From Eledone cirrhosa (lineage: Eukaryota), in NCBI GenBank assembly GCA_964016885.1, contig OZ024747.1, positions 87,916,001 through 87,980,000 on the forward strand: a DNA stretch of 64,000 nt. Direction: 5' to 3'. A model generated the notes under the pieces. It was not told where the DNA came from. It was given only the letters and a program-made list of their open reading frames with translations, and made no database searches. Both the position numbers and the translations under genes were made by a program. The first letter of the stretch is position 1. Each line of letters begins with the position of its first letter. This document shows positions 53,101-64,000 of this stretch, one piece after another.

Positions 53101-54509
53101 AATGGACATGTGATACATATGGAAGATAACAGTTAGGTAAAGAAGTGCTAAGTGGATGAAATCTGTTGAAGAGGGAGACTGAGGAAAACATGGGAAGAAG
53201 TGGTGGAAAATGATCTCAGAATGCCAAGCTTCACATAGAAGATAGCAAAGGTTTGCAGCAAGTGGTGAAACACTGTCATGAAGAAGACATGTTTAGACAT
53301 GTTTAACTCATGCAAGCATGGAAAAACTAACATAAAATAATGATGATGATAAAATATATATACAAGTAAACACATACATGCACAGATATGAACGTACATA
53401 TACTCTTGCTCCCATTACCTACTCAGATTCTTCTGTCATTGCTCTCGCTCTCTCTTTCATACACACATACACACACACACATACTTACACACACACAGAC
53501 ACAAACACATACTTACACACAGACACACACACATACACACACAGACACAGGCATACACATACACAAACAGACAGACAGACAGACACCCCCCTCTCCCTCT
53601 CTCCAGTTCATACTCTTAGTCATGTTGTTTTGCATGAAAGGAGATAACACAACACAGAGTTGTGAGGTTGCTTTAGTCTTATAAGATGCAAAGTAACCTC
53701 ACTAGGGCTGGTTGCCTCCAGCTGACACTGTAAAATGTTTACAAACAATGTAGAGTTGATTGACACCTTAATGGTGCTGAGCACATAACAAACTCTCCTA
53801 GTACTAGTAGACACTGTTCAGAAGATGGTAATGACCAGTTAAAACTAGTTAAGCTGTCCTCAGATGTGTCCTCTAAAAATATGCTATGTAGATTTACCCT
53901 TTAGCATTCAAACCGGCCATATCTGGCAAGAATTCTCTCACCCCTTTCCTGTTCAAACAAGTCGTAACTGGCTACTCATACTGATGTTAAGGTATTGTTC
54001 GCAAAATAAATAACATCAAAATCTCATAGATTTGATATTTTGTAAGATAAAGCCTTTCCTACAAAAATACAATTGTAAATATAGAATAATGTAAATGCTA
54101 AAGGGTTAACCAGCAAGAGTGAATGCATGTTTATCAAACATATGAATGTGAATTCCTCATTATATATTTTATTATATATGCATATATACATGTATAAAAT
54201 CAATGTGCACACCACACGACCATAGACATATGTAATTATATTTCTATAAGGCTATACAAGTAGCTATGTTTGTATATATATATATGTGTGTATGAGTGTG
54301 TGCTTGTTTCTGTGCGTGTGTAGCTGTGTCATATATGTGTGTATAGATCTGTGTATGGACATCTATCTATCAATCCTTCTAATTTTATGTATGTATGTGT
54401 GTGTGTGCATATGTACATATGCATATATTAATGTCCATTTTCCCAGCTAGCAATATATATATATATATATATATATCATCATCATCGTTTTTATATATAT
54501 ATATGTGTA

Positions 54510-55103
54510 TCATCATCATCATCATCATCATTTAACGTCCATCTTCCACGCTTGCATGGGTTTGGACGGGAATTTTCCCACTTGAGGCAAGATTGGTTGT
54601 CTTGCTCGTATAGGACTGTCTGGCGGGTTTTCTACGGCTGGATGCCCTTCGTAACACCAACCACATTTACAGTGTGGAACTGGGAGGTTTTTACCGTGTT
54701 ACCTACACGACCACATTACAGCGTGGACTGTGTGTTTTTTGTCGTGACACCTACACGACCTCATTTATTTCGGACTGGATGTTGTGGTACCAACATAACT
54801 TTACATCGAAAGGGGTGGTGTGGATGGGGTGGGGGTAGTGGGACGGGTGTGTCTTTTTGCTAAGAGGTGCCTACTGACTGTAGTAGGTTTCGTTTTGTAC
54901 TTAGGCAAGGCGTGTCCTCTGTGTTACTGTGTAGCGCCAAAGATCTCGGTCCAGTGACATTGTCTTGGAGAGGTGTAAGTGTGTGAGGTCGGAATTTATC
55001 AAGTCGTCCCAGGATTTTCTAGGTTTGCCTACTCCATGGCTACTGTCTATTTTTATCGCCATGCACTTTTTTATACAGCTGTCGTCTTTCATGCGCATCA
55101 CAT
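54510..55103 (-). mobile_element. Inverted 3' fragment of the PHD-RTE family
   Basis: Reverse-complement similarity to 57050-57625 with a (GAT)n tail. Confidence 0.9.
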
Positions 55104-55206
55104 GTATATATATATACATATGTATATATATATGTATATTTATATATATGTATATATATATATATATGTATGTGTATATATATGTATGTATATGTATATA
55201 TATATG

Positions 55207-55318
<112 letters not shown>

Positions 55319-55417
55319 TATGGGGGAGACTGTCTTTCTCCCAGTTATTCTCCTCATTTAGTAGCCTTTCATAGTGACACTTCCAAGCTACCTTCTTATA
55401 TATATATATATATATAT

Positions 55418-55471
<54 letters not shown>

Positions 55472-55489
55472 ATATATATATATATATAT

Positions 55490-57625
55490 ATAAGAAGGTA
55501 GCTTGGAAGTGTCACTATGAAAGGCTACTAAATGAGGAGAATAAATGGGAGAAAGACAGTCTCCCCCATATCGACCCAATAGAGGGACCAGCAGTGTTAG
55601 TCGAGGGGAGTATAATAAGTAAGGCAATCAAGGATATGAAGACGGGTAAGGCGGCTGGGCCTTCGGAAATAGTTGCTGAGATGCTGAAGGCATCTGGCAC
55701 GGTGGGACACACCATGGTCACCCGCATAGTTAACCAAGTCGTACAGAATGGGGTTGTTCCGAAGGACTGGCATAGCAGCATCATCGTTAACTGTTATAAG
55801 GGTAAAGGAGACGCCCTAGATAGGAGTAACTATAGAGGCATTAAATTAATCGACCAGGTTATGAAGGTCACGGAAAAAGTAATAGCGCAACTAATCAGAG
55901 AGAGAATTGACCTAGATGAAATGCAGTTCGGGTTTGTGTCAGGCAAAAGCACCACAGACGCTCTTTTCATAGTGCGACAACTACAGGAGAAGTACCTAGC
56001 TAAAGGTAAACCCCTCTACTTAGCTTTTGTCGACATGGAGAAAGCCTTTGACAGAGTCCCCCGCTCCATTATCTGGTGGGCTCTTAGAAAACTAGGCGTT
56101 GACGAATGGCTTGTGAGGGCTATACAAGCCATGTATAAAGAAACAGTCAGCAAGGTTAGAATTAACAACGAATATAGTGAAGAGTTTAGCGTAAAAGTTG
56201 GCATCCATCAGGGCTCTGTTCTCAGCCCCCTACTATTTATTATTGCCCTTCAGGCTATAACAGAGGAGTTCAAGACAGGCTGCCCATGGGAACTCCTATA
56301 TGCAGACGACCTGACACTCATAGCGGAATCAATGGCCGAGCTAGAGAAGAAATTCCAAACATGGAAGCACGGCCTAGAGTCAAAAGGACTTAAAATTAAC
56401 CTGGCTAAGACCAAAGTTCTAGTTTGTAGGAAAGAAAACAAGGCGGCGGTCCCTTCTGGGAAATGGTCGTGCTCGGTGTGTAGGAAAGGCGTAGGTAGAA
56501 ACTCCATTTTATGTCCTAAATGCAAAGTATGGGTGCATAAAAGATGTAGTGGGATCACAGGTAAGCTAACTAAGAACATAGATTTTACATGTGGCCGGTG
56601 TTCTGGTGCAATAAGTAGCAGCAAGTGCCCACAAAATACTAGCTCTTTCAATTGCGCAGAGGGTTCTATAGAAATAGTGGACAGCTTCCGTTACCTGGGC
56701 GATAAAATCAGCAGTGGGGGAGGGTGCTCTGAAAGTACTGTAGCTAGAGTCAGAACTGGTTGGAAAAAGTTCAGAGAGCTTATACCACTATTAGCTGCTA
56801 AAGGGTTCTCCCTAAAAATGAAAGGCAGGTTGTACGATGCCTGCATACGAACAGCAATGTTGCATGGTAGTGAGACCTGGGCATTGTGTGCAGAGGATAT
56901 ATGCAGACTAGAGAGGAACGAAGCTTGCATGCTCCGCTGGATGTGTAACAGTAATATACGTGAACGGCAAAGCATAAACGAACTAAGGAAAAAATTAGAG
57001 ATAAGAGGGATCAGATGTTGTTTACTCGAGAGAAGGCTGCGTTGGTATGGACACGTGATGCGCATGAAAGTCGATAGCTGTATAACAAAGTGCAGGGCAA
57101 TAAAGATAGACGGTAGCCACGGAATAGGCAGACCTAGAAAAACCTGGGATGAGCTGATAAACTCCGACCTCACACACTTACACCTCTCCAAGACAATGTC
57201 ACTGGACCGAGACCTTTGGCGGTACTCAGTAACAGAGAAGACCCGCCTTGCCAGTAGGCATCTCTAACAAAGTACACCCCGTCCCGCCACCACCCCCACC
57301 CCATCCTCACCACCCCGTTCTATGTAAAGTTATGTTGGTGCCGCGCCATCCAGGCCGAAACAAATGAGATCGTGTAGGTGTCACGACAAAAAAACACACA
57401 GTCCACGCTGTAATGTGGCCGTGTAGGCAACACGGTAAAAACCTCCCAGACTCACACTGTAAATGTGGTTGGTGTTAGGAAGGGCATCCAACTGTAGAAA
57501 ACCTGCCAGACAGTCCTATGCGAGCAAGACAATCACTCTTGCCTCAAGTGGGACTACCCCCATCCAAACCCATGCAAGCGTGGAACACGGACGTTAAACG
57601 TTGATGATGATGATGATGATGATGA
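55490..57625 (+). mobile_element. Young 5'-truncated RTE-clade LINE: ~590-codon intact RT ORF (to 57267) with internal PHD finger, 3' UTR and (GAT)n tail
   Basis: NYRGI, QFGF, FVDMEKAFDRV, GIHQGSVLSPLLF, YADD, FRYLG, MLHGSETW, RRLRWYGHV, GRPRKTW; the APE domain is missing. Confidence 0.95.
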
Positions 57626-57722
57626 TATGTATATATATGTCTAATGGTAGCTAAGATGCTTCCATGGGCGGTATGCTGGTTGAGCACTCTATGCTCCTAC
57701 GGAGCAGAGTATAATCTATATG

Positions 57723-57753
<31 letters not shown>

Positions 57754-57769
57754 TATATATATATGTATG

Positions 57770-57816
<47 letters not shown>

Positions 57817-57939
57817 GGAGGTGAGTTTTATTGTAGTACAATAAAGCAATGCAGATATCGGATAAGAAGCACTCTACAGTTTGTGGGACTGGAGTATGCA
57901 TAATATAAGATCAAAAGATGGTTAAAGGAGTTCCATATA

Positions 57940-58006
57940 TTTTATTATGCGCATTTCAAAAACAAACATCATCAAGCAATAATATTTGTGTTTTCATCAG
58001 ATAAAA
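57940..58006 (-). ncRNA. Mirror copy of the PLE hammerhead motif
   Basis: Reverse complement of 59725-59791. Confidence 0.75.
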
Positions 58007-59724
58007 CAGGAGAACATGATATGAAGGCTAAAAAAACACTTGTTGATAGTGCAGTTTTAAATCAACATATGAAAAGTGGTTTTAGATTGATGTGTGATAT
58101 TGGGAAAAATATTTTATTTAGAGAGGGGGGGGGGGAGGATGAAAAGGGAAGGAGATGAGAGGGAGAGATGGGTGATAGAGAGAAAGAGATAGTTTTTATA
58201 ACTGAGAGGAGATATATTTTTTACATAGAGAGGTTGAAAACCGTTGGAAGATAATGTATAAATTAAAAATTTTGAAAATTAACGAAGGGAGGATATGTGC
58301 GAGGAAAAAATATTTTATTTAGGGAGGGTGCGGTGGAAAGGATGAAAAAAAGGGGGGAGGAGATGAGAGTGAAGGTGGAGAGGGAGAGATGGGTGATAGA
58401 GAGAAAGAGATAGTTTTTATAACTGAGAAAAAGATATATTGTTTTAATATAGAGAGGTTGGGAACCGTTGGAACTTAAAAGAACTAACACTGCTCTCTCA
58501 GAACTCATATGGTCCTTAAAAGACAAAAACATTAAATATAACATCTTTTGGAAAAAGATTTCTTCTGCATCCTCATACTTGAACAGCTCTCTATCTAAAA
58601 TCTGTAATCTCTGCCTAAATGAAAAATTTACCATTATCTCTAACCTAGAATCTATAATAAATAGACGCTCAGATTTGTTTTCTATCTGCCTGCATAAATT
58701 CCATAGAACTTTTCACAAAGTATACAGTTAATATTCAATTCTTTATCAATTTAGAATCTTTTCTCAAAGGCACATATACATACACCTCTTTAAAATATAC
58801 CCATCTACCTTACTTTAAAGGGCATTATACACTCTATAATACTTGTTTACTCATTACCCTCATTCTATCTTCTCGTAAAATAATAACATTTGTTTTTGAC
58901 ATTTTGAATATTCATCCGCAATCATTATTATTTTTTCTCTCTATCATAAATCTTTTTAATCTCAATTTCATCCTTAATTTATTATTATTTTTTTTTCTCC
59001 CCATCAACGAACTCATTATTAATACATATCAATTCAATATACAAACTTTAACTTCACATTATTTTTCTCAAATCCTTCTACACTTCTCAAATCCTTCTAC
59101 CTTAACAATTTTTCTCTTAGCTAATTTTGAAATTGCCACAATACATACATTTCTTCTTTTGACGTTAGAATATTCACCCACAATTATTATTTTTTTCTCT
59201 CTATCTTCATACATAATTTCCCTTCGTTAATTTTCAAATTCCTTTAATTTATACATTATCTTCCAACGGTTCCCAACCTCTCTATATTAAAACAATATAT
59301 CTTTTTCTCAGTTATAAAAACTATCTCTTTCTCTCTATCACCCATCTCTCCCTCTCCACCTTCACTCTCATCTCCTCCCCCCTTTTTTTCATCCTTTCCA
59401 CCCCACCCTCCCTAAATAAAATATTTTTTCCTCGCACATATCCTCCCTTCGTTAATTTTCAAAATTTTTAATTTATACAGTATCTTCCAACGGTTTTCAA
59501 CCCCTCTATGTAAAAAATATATCTCCTCTCAGTTATAAAAACTATCTCTTTCTCTCTATCACCCATCTCTCCCTCTCATCTCCTTCCCTTTACATCCCCC
59601 CCCCCCTCTCTAAATAAAATATTTTTCCCAATATCACACATCAATCTAAAACCACTTTTCATATGTTGATTTAAAACTGCACTATCAACAAGTGTTTTTT
59701 TAGCCTTCATATCATGTTCTCCTG

Positions 59725-59791
59725 TTTTATCTGATGAAAACACAAATATTATTGCTTGATGATGTTTGTTTTTGAAATGCGCATAATAAAA
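59725..59791 (+). ncRNA. Type I hammerhead ribozyme motif in the PLE 3' region
   Basis: UUUUAU-CUGAUGA-AAACACAAAU...GUUUGUUUUU-GAAA-UGCGCA-UA-AUAAAA; predicted cleavage after 59785. Confidence 0.75.
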
Positions 59792-59823
59792 TATATGGAA
59801 CTCCTTTAACCATCTTTTGATCT

Positions 59824-61900
<2,077 letters not shown>

Positions 61901-62190
61901 TATATATAGTAATAATAGGATTCTGTCTGAGGCCTGGAAGTTTCCTGTTATGCTCTGGTAACACACGTGCAATGATAAAATGAAGATCAAAATTAGTGAA
62001 ACAGGATAAATAATTGTATCTACTTTAGGAACAAGGCCAGCAATTTGAAGGGGAGGGGTAAGTCGATTAAATACACCCCAGCATGTGGCTGGTACTTTAT
62101 TTTATTATCCCCGTGACCCTGTAAGAATGAAACAGGATAAATAATACAAGTACATGTGTGTGTGTGTGCGTGCATGTGTGTGTATATATA

Positions 62191-63076
62191 CGAGGTGTGT
62201 CAGAAAAGTTCCAGGACTGATGTCACAAAAGATTTATTTCAAACCCAAACTTCACACTAAGAGTTTTCTTCTTCAAAGTAATCCCCCTGGAGTCTAATGC
62301 ACTTTTCCATCCTTTTCTGCCACGCTTGCATACACTCCTGGAAGGATTCTTCCGGGATCCTCTGCAATTCCGTCGTCACGGCCTTTTTGATGTCGTCCAC
62401 GTTTTGAAAACGGGTCCCCTCCGGGTCGTACTCAAAGATCCATGATTCATCACCGGTGATGACTGTCCCTAACAAGTCTGGTTCGGTTTCAAGACACTCT
62501 AGGATGTCCTGGCACACTTGCATGCGTCAAACCTTCTGGTCATCGTTCAGCAGTTTTGACACCATCTTCGCGCAGACTTTCCGCATGTCCAAATCTTCAG
62601 TGAGAATCTTCTAGACGCTGTCCCGATTCATGCCCAGCTCATTTGCCATCAGTCGAACAGTCAGCAGACGATCGCTACGCACCATCTGCCTGACGCGCTC
62701 AACGTTGACCTCAGTCCTGGTTGTTGAGGGCCTTCCGCTCCTGGGGTCATCTTGCACCACTCAAAAACACATGAGCGTGACATTGTCTCATCTCCATACA
62801 CTTGCTGCAGCAATCCCAGTGCTTCTGACGGAGTTTTCCCCAACCGTACCAGAAACCTCAAGTTTGTTCGTTGCTCTGTGCTCATTGCTTGATGACCTGA
62901 AACAGAGGACATGTATATAAAATTATGAAGAAAAAAGTTTGATTGCTGCAGAAAGCTAAGATTACAGTTACATACTCCAGGGGGATTACTTTGAAGGAGA
63001 AAACTCTTAGTGTGAAGTTTGGGTTTGAAATAAATCTTTTGTGACATCAGTCCTGGAACTTTTCTGACACACCTCG
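62191..63076 (-). mobile_element. Non-autonomous mariner element, internally deleted transposase, 103-bp TIRs, TA TSD
   Basis: EQRTNLRFLVRLGKTPSEA..., VITGDESWIFEYDPE joined directly to GTRFQNVDDIK..., GDYFE; TIRs 62191-62293 / 62974-63076. Confidence 0.92.
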
Positions 63077-64000
63077 TATGTCTGACTATACATGAGCTAA
63101 GAGAGGAAGTGTCTAACATTTTTTTCAATTACACAACCCTACTGTCTGAAGAAAGTGCTAGAAACAGCAAACATTTTATGACACACATGTCTCACAATTT
63201 TGAAGTCAATAAACAGACAAAAGTCTTATTTCCCAATAACATCAAGACAGGTTTTTAACTGGGTTGAGTAGAATTTGGTAGACAGAAACTGCTGAAGCCT
63301 GTTGTGTTCACACACACACATGTGAAGGTGCATGGCTTTGTGGTTAGGGCATTAGGCTTACAATCATAAGGTTATGAGTTTGATTCCTAATGACGCGTTG
63401 TGTCCTTGATACTTTATTTCATGTTGCTCCAGTCTACTCAACTGGCAAAAATGAGTTGTACCTGTGAATCGAAGGGCAAGCCTTGTCAAATTCTGTGTCA
63501 CACTGAATCTCCCTGAGAACTACATTAAGGTTACATGTGTCTGTGGAATGCTCAGTCACTTACAGTTAATTTCTCGAGCAGGCAGTTCCATTGATCAGAT
63601 CTATCGGAACACTCGTCATCATAACTGACGGAGTGCCACTTAACACACACACATATATGTAACAAAATCTCAACACATTTTCCCACGGGGGTTTTTCTTA
63701 GTCTGCCACACAGAACCATCTTAATATTGACCTACAACCTCAGAGCCCCATAACTTAGATAACATTCTCTAAAGGAAAGACTAACAGCATCAAATATACA
63801 TAGGGATAAATTTCTCTTTAGAAAAAATCCGTCTATTCTTTGACTCTGAAAGACACAGTTTGTTCCTTTAGACTTGCCATGTAGTATTATATACAGTACA
63901 CACTCTCACCAGCCAGCCGTGCTGGGGTCAACACTAGCTGAGAAAATTACCAACTCAGATCAGTTAAATATTACTAAATAATCACACATGACACACTACA

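Larger units (their letters stand above)
57900..59831 (+). mobile_element. 5'-truncated Penelope-like element with inverted pLTR copy: GIY-YIG endonuclease C-terminus (58474-58731), 3' UTR and ~570-bp inverted arms
   Basis: TALSELIWSLK..NIKYNIFW...CNLCLNEK..I...INRRSDLFSICLH is a PLE endonuclease C-terminal pattern; 57900-58473 is the near-perfect reverse complement of 59261-59831. Confidence 0.8.

Overview
AT-rich, microsatellite-dense eukaryotic DNA. The SINE/LINE content suggests an octopod cephalopod (inference). Two host genes are visible. One is a ~1.7 kb minus-strand coding exon (74-1786) of an unidentified low-complexity protein that continues off the window's left edge. The other is a complete plus-strand bicistronic MOCS2 locus (~10.8-22.6 kb): MOCS2A (~95 aa, ending ...IPPLSGG*) and MOCS2B (148 aa). 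The MOCS2B AUG lies 16 nt after the MOCS2A stop in the spliced mRNA, and the human-like overlapping frame is closed by a TAA. The rest is mostly repeats: tRNA-derived CORE- and Meta-type SINEs; RTE, CR1, I/Ingi, R4/Dong and CRE-like LINE fragments; a young RTE with a PHD finger inside its RT region; a deleted mariner with 103-bp TIRs; piggyBac/hAT/Tc1 MITEs; and minisatellites. Several unrelated Penelope-like or foldback elements carry type I hammerhead ribozyme folds (57.9-59.8 kb twice, 46.2 kb, 9.2 kb, plus degenerate copies). All calls were made by eye, with no database searches.
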